DNA from: Acidobacteriota bacterium
Lineage (GTDB): Bacteria; Acidobacteriota; UBA6911; RPQK01; JAJDTT01
DNA length: 64,000 nt
Assembly (NCBI GenBank): GCA_965203535.1
Contig: OZ241897.1
Location: 5,963,697-6,027,696, forward strand
Direction: 5' to 3'
Of this stretch, positions 46,474 through 55,596 are shown piece by piece (the first letter of the stretch is position 1; every line of letters starts with the position of its first letter). The notes below the pieces were generated by a model, which did not search any database, had not been told where the DNA came from, and saw only the letters and a list, made by a program, of their open reading frames with translations. Made by a program: the position numbers and the translations under genes.

Positions 46474-48879
46474 CTACCGGTCCGACACCGCGGGACGGCC
46501 CAGACGGACTGCGGGGCGTTCGTCCAGTTCCAGCGCCGTGTGCCGGTAGAAGTAGTAGGTGCCCATTTCCGGAGAGGCCAGGATGTCGGGCTTGGCATCT
46601 CCGTCCAGATCCCGGAAGCCGTAGTAGGGACCGTGCGAGCCAAGCCCTTCCAACGGCTTTCCGAAGAGGGCCAAAACCTGGGGAGGCCCGAAGCGGGGTT
46701 CGGCCGGAGTGCCGATGTTGGGATAGATGAGAGGCCGGGTGGGATTGTGGTCCCACGCGCCCGACCTGCGGCGGCATTCGTTGAAGAAGAGGTCCAGCAG
46801 GCCGTCCCCGTTCCAGTCCACCAGGAAGGACTGGCTCGGCTGTAAATCGACTCCCTGGATGGCCTCGCCTCCGGGGAGGCGAAAGGGACCGTCGTCCCGG
46901 AGCCGAAGCGTCCCCTCCCCGTCCCGGAACCTTCGGAACAGGTGGGCCTCCCAGGTGACGGCCGCAGCCGTCACGAGATCGGTGAGACCGTCTCCGGTGA
47001 CGTCGGCAAATGCGGCCCGGGCCCTCCCGCGGAACGGCTGGTGGCGGTTGGGAACCTTCTTCCTCCACTGGCCGGTTCCGGCTCCCAGCAGTTTGGCCGT
47101 CGCGGCCAGGAGATCCTTTCCGTCAGGATAACCCTCGCACAGAATCTGGAGCCGCGGTCCGAACCTGGGCCGGCTGCGGGTGCCGATGTTGCGGTACCAG
47201 AAGATCCGGTTGGTCAGGTTGGGGAGCAGCAGGTCCGGCAGCCGGTCTCCGTCCCAGTCGATGTAGACCGGGTGCGTGTAGCCCATGTTGTGCCCGTAAT
47301 TCTCCAAACCCGGAAAGACCTGGCTCATGAAGAGGCGGATCGGTTCCCCCTGGGACCGGACCGGCTCCTCCCGGGCGAATGCCGGACGGGACTCGGTGCC
47401 GTCGTTGATCAGGACGCGGACAAAGCCGAATCCGTCGCCGGCCAGGAGATCCCAGTCCCCGTCTCCGTCCCAATCGCAGGGATAGGGCGTCGCCTGTTCT
47501 CCCAAAATCGCATGGGCAGACAGCGACAGGGCCTCGCGGCGCAGGAAAGCCGGTTCCTTTCCGCCATCACCCTTGAGATGCTCGAAAAAGGCCAACTTTC
47601 GAAGGTGGTCGTAGGCCACCAGGAGGCCCCGCCGGGGACCCACGGGGACGGATGCGGTGAAATAGGCGGCCGGGACACCAACCTGTTCCAGAAGGCGAGG
47701 GGAACCGAACCTTGGAACCGATCCACCCTGGTTCCGGCGCCACGCCACCCGGTAGAAATATTTCTTCCTTTCGGCCTCAGGATCGGTGACCAGGCAGACG
47801 CTGTCCGGACGGCCGTCCTGGTCCACATCGTAGAAACTGGCCCGGACTCCCGGATCGATTTGAACAGGAGATCCCGGCCGAAAGGGCCAACCCTCGGGAT
47901 TCGTATTTCGAATGAGGTAACCCCGGCCGTCGGGTGGAATGCCCTGCCCTCGAAACATGGACCCGACGAACAGGTCCTGGATTCCGTCCTGGTCCAGGTC
48001 CGCGATTCTCACCGGACCCCACCAGTCCTTGGGACGGGAAATGCGGCCGTGGTCCCGGAAGATGGGAAGTCCTCCGTCGTCCCGCCGTCCGGTGTTGAGC
48101 AGGAAGACGATCCAACCTTCGGCGCTGCGGGGATTCTGATGCGAGCCGTCGGCAGGCGAGGCATAGGCCAGGTCGACCAGGCCGTCGCCGTTCAGGTCTC
48201 CCGCGTCCAGGTGGAGGTAACCGGCCCGCAGATGAAGCGGCTCGGGCGAGCCGGCTTCGTCCAGGTAGCGGATGGCGACCGGTTCTCCGAACTGGAACTC
48301 GTCGACGCCGCCGACCCGCGGATAGCAGACGATTCCCCCGGGCGGACGGTCAGGCGAATAGGTGTAGATGACCGTACCCACCAGATCGCGCTTGCCGTCT
48401 CCCGTCAGGTCCACCAGGGCGCCCAGGATGGGAAGCGAGATCGGTTTCGGCTCGCCCGCGTTGTAACGGAGCAGATCGCCCGTGCCGATCATGGGAACGT
48501 AAGACCGGGGATTCAGCGGCGGCCGCACGGCGCCTACCCGAAAACGGATCCGGTAGTCTCTCCGTTCCGGGTCGGCCGCGACCCACTGGACCCGCCCTTC
48601 CTGGCCATGGTGGAAGTCGCGGCTGAGGGCATGCGGCACGGGACTCCCCGATACGGCGTCCAGGACCTGGATCGAATTGGGGTCCAGGACACCCTTCACT
48701 CCGGCCTCCGCGGCGAGGGAGGCGAAATCGATCCAGGGGTCCAGAGGAATCTGGCCGAACGGAAGGTGGGAGATGATGCGAACCCCCACCGTGACTTCGC
48801 GGCCGGACGAATAGGCGGCCGGCCAGATCAGGGTGGCGGACAAGGCGAAGATCAGGGTCTGCAAACTTCGGATCGACAT
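46474..48879 (-). CDS. Secreted FG-GAP/VCBS repeat protein
   Basis: Signal peptide; many D.(D/N/T)GDG..DL repeats; start could be 48879 or 48906. Confidence 0.85.
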   Translation of the reverse strand: MSIRSLQTLIFALSATLIWPAAYSSGREVTVGVRIISHLPFGQIPLDPWIDFASLAAEAGVKGVLDPNSIQVLDAVSGSPVPHALSRDFHHGQEGRVQWVAADPERRDYRIRFRVGAVRPPLNPRSYVPMIGTGDLLRYNAGEPKPISLPILGALVDLTGDGKRDLVGTVIYTYSPDRPPGGIVCYPRVGGVDEFQFGEPVAIRYLDEAGSPEPLHLRAGYLHLDAGDLNGDGLVDLAYASPADGSHQNPRSAEGWIVFLLNTGRRDDGGLPIFRDHGRISRPKDWWGPVRIADLDQDGIQDLFVGSMFRGQGIPPDGRGYLIRNTNPEGWPFRPGSPVQIDPGVRASFYDVDQDGRPDSVCLVTDPEAERKKYFYRVAWRRNQGGSVPRFGSPRLLEQVGVPAAYFTASVPVGPRRGLLVAYDHLRKLAFFEHLKGDGGKEPAFLRREALSLSAHAILGEQATPYPCDWDGDGDWDLLAGDGFGFVRVLINDGTESRPAFAREEPVRSQGEPIRLFMSQVFPGLENYGHNMGYTHPVYIDWDGDRLPDLLLPNLTNRIFWYRNIGTRSRPRFGPRLQILCEGYPDGKDLLAATAKLLGAGTGQWRKKVPNRHQPFRGRARAAFADVTGDGLTDLVTAAAVTWEAHLFRRFRDGEGTLRLRDDGPFRLPGGEAIQGVDLQPSQSFLVDWNGDGLLDLFFNECRRRSGAWDHNPTRPLIYPNIGTPAEPRFGPPQVLALFGKPLEGLGSHGPYYGFRDLDGDAKPDILASPEMGTYYFYRHTALELDERPAVRLGRPAVSDR

Positions 48880-49376
48880 GGAGGAGAGTCCCTTGGAATC
48901 CAGCAATGTCCCTCCAATGTCTCATATCCGGCTCAGGAGTGGGGGTTTTCCTACCCCCACTCTCACGGGGGGACTGAAAGTCCCCCCCTCCTATTCGCGC
49001 AACTCCGGTGCCGCCGGGGCCCAGCGAAGGCAACCGCGGCGAAGAGGGGGGCAAGAATGTCCCCCCTCCGGGGGGGCAAGTTTTCCCAGAAGTGGGGGTT
49101 TTCCTACCCCCACTCCTCGGGGGGGACAGGAAAGTCCCTCCTCCTGTCCGTCTCCGGTGAGCCGGATAGAATTCGACCGGATCGCGGTCCGAGCGGCTCT
49201 CGGCCACCGGAAGAAACCAGAATTCAGCTTATTGTGAAGGAATATAGACGGATTCGACTGAGAATGAACTTCAACCGAACCGTATGGTCCTTGAGTTCTT
49301 CCAGGTTCTCCTTGCTCTCCCAGAAGACCTTGGAGTAGACGCCCTCTGCCGAAGCTACTCTGGAAGCATCGGCTTC
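48878..49376. repeat. Copy 1 of a tandem duplication (copy 2 at 49383-50129) containing composite REPs
   Basis: ATGGAGGAGAGTCCCTTGGAATCCAGCAATGTCC at 48878 and 49383; 49141-49376 matches ~49894-50129. Confidence 0.9.
49224..49376 (-). pseudogene. Duplicated last ~50 codons of the beta-propeller gene 49977-51479
   Basis: EADASRVASAEGVYSKVFWESKENLEELKDHTVRLKFILSRIRLYSFTIS* versus EADASRVAPAEGVYSKVFWDGKENLEELKDHTVRLKFILSRTRLYSFKIS*. Confidence 0.88.
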
Positions 49377-49440
49377 ACCGAAATGGAGGAGAGTCCCTTG
49401 GAATCCAGCAATGTCCTTCCAATGCCTCATATCGGGCACA

Positions 49441-49895
49441 GGAGCTTCCCCACCGGCCCCGGTCCGGCGAAAAAGAAGGAGTGGGGGTTTTCCTACCCCC
49501 ACTCTCACGGGGGGACTGAAAGTCCCCCCTCCTATTCGCGCAACTCCGGCCCCGCCGGGGCCCAGCGAAGGCAACCGCGGCGAAGAGGGGGGCAAGAATG
49601 TCCCCCCTCCGGGGGGGCAAGTTTTCTAAGAAGTCCCCCACCGCCGGGCCGCCGGCATGATCCGGCCAGAAACTGGGCGGGGATGGTCCATCAGCGGCGC
49701 CCACCGCGTTGCCGCTGTCCAACGACTCGGTCCCTACTGGGCCGGGGCGAGGCGCGACGGCTCGGCCGGGGAACGATGCGACGCCGGAGGGCACCCACAA
49801 GGGGTGCCCCTACGATCATCGGGGAGGGGAAGTTTCAAAGAAGAAGTGGGGGTTTTCCTACCCCCACTCTCACGGGGGGACTGAAAGTCCCCCCT
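49441..49895 (+). repeat. Composite REP elements plus a GTAG-REP
   Basis: Same hairpin modules as 44339-44770 at 49478 and ~49845; GTAG-REP at 49789-49813. Confidence 0.85.
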
Positions 49896-49976
49896 CCTGT
49901 CCGTCGCCGGTGAGCCGGATAGGATTCGACCGGATCGGGGTCCGAGCGGCTCTCGGCCATCGGAAGAAACCAGAAT

Positions 49977-51479
49977 TCAGCTTATTTTGAAGGAATATAG
50001 ACGGGTTCGACTGAGAATGAACTTCAACCGAACCGTATGGTCCTTGAGTTCTTCCAGGTTCTCCTTGCCGTCCCAGAAGACCTTGGAGTAGACGCCCTCT
50101 GCCGGAGCTACTCTGGAAGCATCGGCTTCGTAACCGGGAATGGGATTGCCCGCGGCGTCCTGGACCTCCACCTTCAGATAGCCCTCCTGGTTGGGGCTGT
50201 CGTTGAAGGTCACCTGTCCCGGCGCCTCCGACGCGTCCCCTTCCCGTCTGAGCAGGCGGGCGTTCACTCGGAGCGTGCTCCCCGAGAACTGAACGGGCCG
50301 GGTCAGGACCGTGCCCTCGGCCGTGGCGTCCAGGGAGACGAAGCCGTCCTGCCGCAAGCGGGCCAATCCGATCTCTCCGGTGTGGTCCTCCGACGGGGCG
50401 TTGTGGAGATTGTCGAACCCGGAGTAGTAGATCCAGACCATCCCGTCCTTGACCACGGGAGCCGTTATGGGCCAGATCATCCCGCTGTCGAAGCTCTTGC
50501 CCGAATATTCGTTCCGCTGGTAGCCCAGGTAGATCAGCGGGCGACGGTACACGCTCCGTTGCCACTCGACGCCGTCCCGGCTGGAGACCAGTTGGACGTC
50601 CATGGTCTGGATGTTGGTATGAAAGACCCAGAGCAGGCCCAGGGTCTGGCTTCCATAGGGGAAGGCCGACAACCCGTAGAACTCGGTTCCGGGACGGTCA
50701 TGGGCATCGGGCTCCAGCACCAGGCGATCGTCGGACCAGTGGATGAAGTCGTCGCTGACCAGCCGCGACACCTTTCTGGGACCTCCGGGATTGGTCTTGT
50801 GATAGAGCCAGTACTGCCGGGAGACGGGATCCCGCATCACCGCGAAGGTGTCTCCCGTGGCCCAGCAGGGCACCACCGGATTCTTTTCGTAATCGGTCCA
50901 ACGGATGCCGTCGGGAGAGAAGGCGGCCCAGATGCCGCACCGTTCCCGGTCCCGGGTCTGCCAATACCCCATCTTGTAGCGGCGGGCGGGGTCCGGATCC
51001 TCCGGGTCCAGGATCACCGAATGGTTCCAATTGTTCCAACGCAGGACGATGTTGTTGGCCTTGGAGCCGCGGAACTCCAGGTGGTTCAGCTCCGGCTTCT
51101 CCCAACGGATCCCGTCCTCGGAGGTGGCGTAACAGACGAACTGATCGATGTCGGTATCGCCGGTTCGCGCCAGCGTGTTGTACCACATCTCGAAAATGTT
51201 CTTTTCCGGAGAGTAGATAACGCTCCCCGGTTGAAGTATCAGGTAACCTTCCCAGGGACGGTCCGAACGGATCAGGGGGTTTTCGGCCACCTTTCCGCCC
51301 CGGCCCAGACTCCGCCAGACCCGGTCCATCCGCTCGATGAGCAGATCATCCACGAACAGTTGGACCCGATCGTCCAACCGAATGGGAGGATCCGCCGCGG
51401 GGCCCGGAACGCAGGAGACTCCGGGCAACAGGACGCTTCCCAGGAATAGTGCCAAGCAGATGCCGGATTTCATTCTCAT
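49977..51479 (-). CDS. Beta-propeller glycoside-hydrolase-like lipoprotein
   Basis: Lipobox-like GVSC; CYATSEDGIRWEKP, SPDGIRW, SDDFIHW, SRDGVEW, LRQDGFVSL. Confidence 0.75.
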   Translation of the reverse strand: MRMKSGICLALFLGSVLLPGVSCVPGPAADPPIRLDDRVQLFVDDLLIERMDRVWRSLGRGGKVAENPLIRSDRPWEGYLILQPGSVIYSPEKNIFEMWYNTLARTGDTDIDQFVCYATSEDGIRWEKPELNHLEFRGSKANNIVLRWNNWNHSVILDPEDPDPARRYKMGYWQTRDRERCGIWAAFSPDGIRWTDYEKNPVVPCWATGDTFAVMRDPVSRQYWLYHKTNPGGPRKVSRLVSDDFIHWSDDRLVLEPDAHDRPGTEFYGLSAFPYGSQTLGLLWVFHTNIQTMDVQLVSSRDGVEWQRSVYRRPLIYLGYQRNEYSGKSFDSGMIWPITAPVVKDGMVWIYYSGFDNLHNAPSEDHTGEIGLARLRQDGFVSLDATAEGTVLTRPVQFSGSTLRVNARLLRREGDASEAPGQVTFNDSPNQEGYLKVEVQDAAGNPIPGYEADASRVAPAEGVYSKVFWDGKENLEELKDHTVRLKFILSRTRLYSFKIS

Positions 51480-51529
51480 GCCGCCACTCCCGGCGGGGAT
51501 CATAACACGCGGGTCATGGAGCGGCGACA

Positions 51530-51745
51530 CGGAGCGGCGACATCCTTGTCGCCGGGGGGAGCGGCGTATTTTAGGCGCCGAGCAGGGGGGATAGGGGGAA
51601 CGGAAGTCCCCCCTGTACGCTTCCGACGCCCTTCTACGCTTTGGAAGTGTTGAAGACGGGGCGACTAGAAATCGCCTGTACCCTCGTCACAGGGCGACTA
51701 GAAATCGCCCTTCCCGTCGGGCGATTGGAAATCGCCCCTCCCGAC
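51530..51745. repeat. REP-like hairpin cluster
   Basis: GGAGCGGCGACATCCTTGTCGCCG; GGGCGA(C/T)T(A/G)GAAATCGCC three times (51659, 51692, 51719). Confidence 0.8.
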
Positions 51746-51781
51746 TATTGGCGCGGGCTGCTAGACTTGGGAGCCAGATCG

Positions 51782-53134
51782 ATGATTCGTCTCGACGGGC
51801 CGACATCACCCCATCTCTGCCAGGCAGTCCACCGCAGGGACTTCCTTCACGCCGGCTCGCTGGCGTTCCTGGGACTCACCCTGCCCGGCTTTCTGGAGCT
51901 CAAGGCCGCGGGCCGGACCACCTCCGACAAGGACGTGAACTGCATCCTCCTGTTCCTGGAGGGGGGCGCCCCCCAAATGGACACCTGGGACCCGAAGCCG
52001 GACGCTCCGGCCGAGATCCGGGGACCCTACAAGCCGATCCCCACCAACGTGTCCGGAATCCGGATCACCGAGCTGTTTCCCCGCATGGCCCGCCACGCAG
52101 ACAAGTTCGCGTTGATCCGCTCCTGCTACCACACCAATCCGGCCCATCCCCAGGCCAAGACCTGGATGCAGACCGGACGGCCTCCGCTCCCCGGAATCCA
52201 GTACCCGCATCCGGGTTGCGTCGTCGACAATCTGAAGGGAGCCCGGGGGGACCTGCCGGCGCATGTCCTGCTGCCCTACCGGCTGGACAAGGGGCAGGGG
52301 CCCGGTTTCCTGGGCAAGACCCACGAGCCCTTCGTCATCGACTCCGACCCTTCCGACCCTTCGTTTCGGGTCCGGGACCTCCGGCCGCCCGATTACGTCT
52401 CGGCGGTTCGAGCCCGGAGACGGATTTCCTTCCGCCGGCTCATCGACCGGAGCTTTCTCGATTTCGAGGAGAACTGCGCCGAGAGCCGGCTCCTGGACGC
52501 CAATTTCTCCCAGGCCTACCGGATCGTCTCCTCCCGGGAGGCCCGGCAGTCCTTCGACCTGACCGGCGAACCGGACCGGCTTCGGCAGAGCTACGGCATG
52601 AACCGATTCGGACAGGGCTGCCTCCTGGCCCGGCGGCTCGTGGAGCGCGGCGTCCGCTTCGTGACGGTCAACATGTTCGACGACCTGGCCGGGTCGTGGG
52701 ACATTCATGGCCAATCGCCCTTCACCTCCCTGAGCGCCCTCGACACCCTGGGGCCCATGTTCGACCACGCCTTCTCTTCCCTGCTGGAAGACCTCCGGCA
52801 GCGGGGACTTCTGGAGCAGACCCTGGTGGTGGCCATGGGAGAGTTCGGCCGGTCCCCCAAGATCAATCCGGCGGGCGGACGGGACCACTGGCCGGCCTGC
52901 GGCACGCTCATCCTCGCCGGCGGAGGCGTCGCGGGGGGGCAGGTCATCGGCTCCTCCGACCGCACGGCCAGCGAACCCAGGGACCGTCCCGTCGAACCCC
53001 TGGAGATTCTCGCCAGCCTGTATCACGCCCTCGGGATCAGCCTTCACACCGAACTGGACGGACCGGGCAACCGGCCGGTTCCCGTGGTGGAGATCGGTGT
53101 GGAGCCGATCCGGGAGCTATTCGGCGCCGCATGA
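51782..53134 (+). CDS. DUF1501 domain protein
   Basis: RRDFL, LEGGAPQMDTWDPKP, FGQGCLLARRLVERGVRFV, WDIH, GEFGRSP, GRDHW. Confidence 0.92.
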   Translation: MIRLDGPTSPHLCQAVHRRDFLHAGSLAFLGLTLPGFLELKAAGRTTSDKDVNCILLFLEGGAPQMDTWDPKPDAPAEIRGPYKPIPTNVSGIRITELFPRMARHADKFALIRSCYHTNPAHPQAKTWMQTGRPPLPGIQYPHPGCVVDNLKGARGDLPAHVLLPYRLDKGQGPGFLGKTHEPFVIDSDPSDPSFRVRDLRPPDYVSAVRARRRISFRRLIDRSFLDFEENCAESRLLDANFSQAYRIVSSREARQSFDLTGEPDRLRQSYGMNRFGQGCLLARRLVERGVRFVTVNMFDDLAGSWDIHGQSPFTSLSALDTLGPMFDHAFSSLLEDLRQRGLLEQTLVVAMGEFGRSPKINPAGGRDHWPACGTLILAGGGVAGGQVIGSSDRTASEPRDRPVEPLEILASLYHALGISLHTELDGPGNRPVPVVEIGVEPIRELFGAA

Positions 53135-55596
53135 TCTCGACTCTCCTGCTGGCCGCGTCCACGCTCACGGTTTCCGGTGCCGGTTCACTGGCGCTGATGC
53201 CGCCCGACATCACGCTTCAGGGACAGGACGCGACACAGCGGCTCATCCTGATCCAGCGGACGCCCCAACGCGGGTCCGAAGCCGACCTGACCCGAGAAGC
53301 GACCTTCTCTTCTTCGTCTCCCGGCGTCGCCCAGGTGGACGCTCAAGGGGTGGTGCGGGCGTCGGGCGACGGAGAGGCCCGAATCACCGCCCGGCTGCCC
53401 GACGGCCGCTCTGCATCCGTCCGGGTCCGGGTGAGATCGGCCGGCCAACCGCCGCCCCGGGACTTTCGCAACCAGGTCCGCTCGGTCATGACCAAGTCGG
53501 GGTGCAATTCGGGACCCTGCCATGGCGCCGGAGCGGGACAGAACTTCTTCAAGCTTTCGTTGAGAGGCTATTCCCCGGAGGAGGACTTCCGGGCTCTCAC
53601 CCGGGAGGCCGGGGGCCGCAGGATCTCCCGCCAAGAGCCGTCTCGGAGCCTGATCCTGCTCAAACCCACCCTGGCCGTCTCCCACGGCGGAGGAAAGCTG
53701 CTGGAAACGGACTCCCTCGATTATCGGATCATGGCTGACTGGATCGCGGGCGGAGCCAAGGGTCCCGCTCCCGACGACCCGAGGATCGAGCGGCTGGAGA
53801 TTCACCCCTCACAGGCGACGCTACGGCCGGGAGCCCGGCACCGGCTCGTGGTCCGGGCGTTCTTCTCCGACGGACGGTCCGAGGACGTCACCCGCTGGGG
53901 CAAGTACACGAGCAGCGACGCCTCCGTGGCCAGGGTCGGAGAGGATGGAATGGCGGAGACCGCAGGTCACGGGGAGGCGACGCTTTCGGTCTGGTATCTC
54001 GACCGGATCGCAGCGGCGAGAATCTCCGTTCCCTTTCCCGGAGAGCTTCCGGCGGAGGTCTTCCGCAATGCGGACCGCCGCAATTTCATCGACGACCTGG
54101 TCCTGGAGAAGCTGCAACAGATGCGGATTCCCCCGTCGGATCTCTGCACCGATTCGGAGTTTCTCCGGCGGGCCTTCCTGGACGCGGCGGGAATCCTGCC
54201 GACCGGCGAAGAGGCGAAACGGTTCGCGGCCGATCCGGACCCTGGAAAACGAAGCCGCCTGGTGGACGCGCTGCTGGAGCGGTCCGAATTCGCGGACCTC
54301 TGGGCCTACAAGTGGTCCGACCTGCTCCTGGTTTCCAGTTCCAAGCTCACGCCGGCCGCGACCCGAACCTTTCACGGTTGGATTCGACAGGCGGTCGCGG
54401 AAAACAAGCCTTGGGACCGCCTCGTCGAGGAGATCATCACCGCTTCCGGAAGCAATCTGGCCAACGGCCCCGCCAACTACTACCTGCTTCACGACGAGCC
54501 CACCGCCCTGGCGGAGAACATGACCCTCACCTTCATGGGGATCTCCATCAATTGCGCCCGCTGCCACAACCACCCCTTGGACAAATGGACGCAGGACGAC
54601 TACTACCACCTCTCCAGCTTCTTCTCCCGAGTCGGCAGAAAAAACGACCTGGGCTACGGTTTTGCCGACAATCCCAACTCATTGAAGGAGACCACCATAT
54701 TCACCGCCAGCCGCGGCGAGGTGATCCATCCACGACTGGGCCGGCCCCTTCCTCCCCGCCCTCTGGAATCGGCGGAGTCGATCCACGACCGGCCCGGGAG
54801 AGACCGGCGGCTCCCTCTCGCGCAATGGCTCACTTCGGGCGAGAATCGCTACTTCGTCCGTGCGGTCGTGAATCGGGTCTGGCATCACTTCATGGGCCGG
54901 GGCCTCGTCCATCCCGCCGACGACATGCGGGAAACCAACGTGGCTTCCAATCCGCGCCTCCTGGAAGCCTTGGCGCGCGAACTGGTGCGGAGCGGATTCG
55001 ATCTCAAGTCGCTGATCCGATCCATAATGAATTCGGCCACCTACCAGAGGAGTTCCCGGCTCCAGGGCAACAGCCACGACCGGAAGTATCACTCCCACTA
55101 CCTGGTCCGAAGACTCCCGGCCGAGGTCCTGCTGGACGTGGTGTCCCAGGTTCTGGGCGTGCCCGAGAGCTTTGCCGGATATCCGGAGGGGGTCCGGGCC
55201 CTTCAACTGCCCGACTCCCGGGTGAACTCCTACGCGCTGACCCTCTTCGGACGGCCCGCCAGAGAAATCAACGCCTACTCGGAGCGGGTCCGGAGCTCCA
55301 CGGTTCCCCAGGTTCTGCACCTGCTCAACGGGGATCTCCTGAGCGCCAAGCTCCGCTCCCCCGAGGGAAACCTCCAGCGGATGCTCGACGAGGGGCTCAC
55401 GGACCGGGAGATGGTCCGCCGGATCTTCTGGAGCTCACTTTCCCGGCCGCCGTCCCCGGGGGAGGAGGCGGAGGTCCTGAAACTGTTCGGCCCGGACGGA
55501 GACTCGTCCGCCTCCCGGGAGCAGAAGCGCCGTGAGCTCCTGGAAGATTTCTGGGCGGGCGTGATGATGAGCAAGGAATTCCTCTTCAACCACTGA
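53131..55596 (+). CDS. DUF1549/DUF1553 domain protein with Ig-like (Big_2) domains
   Basis: ATGA overlap; GCNSGPCHG, EFLRRAFLD, CARCHNHP, NRVWHHFMGRGLV, SKEFLFNH. Confidence 0.9.
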   Translation: MISTLLLAASTLTVSGAGSLALMPPDITLQGQDATQRLILIQRTPQRGSEADLTREATFSSSSPGVAQVDAQGVVRASGDGEARITARLPDGRSASVRVRVRSAGQPPPRDFRNQVRSVMTKSGCNSGPCHGAGAGQNFFKLSLRGYSPEEDFRALTREAGGRRISRQEPSRSLILLKPTLAVSHGGGKLLETDSLDYRIMADWIAGGAKGPAPDDPRIERLEIHPSQATLRPGARHRLVVRAFFSDGRSEDVTRWGKYTSSDASVARVGEDGMAETAGHGEATLSVWYLDRIAAARISVPFPGELPAEVFRNADRRNFIDDLVLEKLQQMRIPPSDLCTDSEFLRRAFLDAAGILPTGEEAKRFAADPDPGKRSRLVDALLERSEFADLWAYKWSDLLLVSSSKLTPAATRTFHGWIRQAVAENKPWDRLVEEIITASGSNLANGPANYYLLHDEPTALAENMTLTFMGISINCARCHNHPLDKWTQDDYYHLSSFFSRVGRKNDLGYGFADNPNSLKETTIFTASRGEVIHPRLGRPLPPRPLESAESIHDRPGRDRRLPLAQWLTSGENRYFVRAVVNRVWHHFMGRGLVHPADDMRETNVASNPRLLEALARELVRSGFDLKSLIRSIMNSATYQRSSRLQGNSHDRKYHSHYLVRRLPAEVLLDVVSQVLGVPESFAGYPEGVRALQLPDSRVNSYALTLFGRPAREINAYSERVRSSTVPQVLHLLNGDLLSAKLRSPEGNLQRMLDEGLTDREMVRRIFWSSLSRPPSPGEEAEVLKLFGPDGDSSASREQKRRELLEDFWAGVMMSKEFLFNH

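Noticed and set aside
49224-50129. Diversity-generating retroelement TR/VR pair
   Set aside because: Differences are not adenine-specific and there is no reverse transcriptase in the window; the same holds for the 7346/10429 repeat
51659-51740. Mini-CRISPR of three GGGCGACTAGAAATCGCC repeats
   Set aside because: Spacers are only ~9-15 bp and unequal; the motif belongs to the REP family seen at 23420
51748-53130. N-terminal extension of the 1282-aa ORF (likewise 30468-31631 of the 901-aa ORF and the extensions of frdA, frdB, frdC)
   Set aside because: They overlap the upstream gene in another frame; true starts are at coupled or downstream start codons
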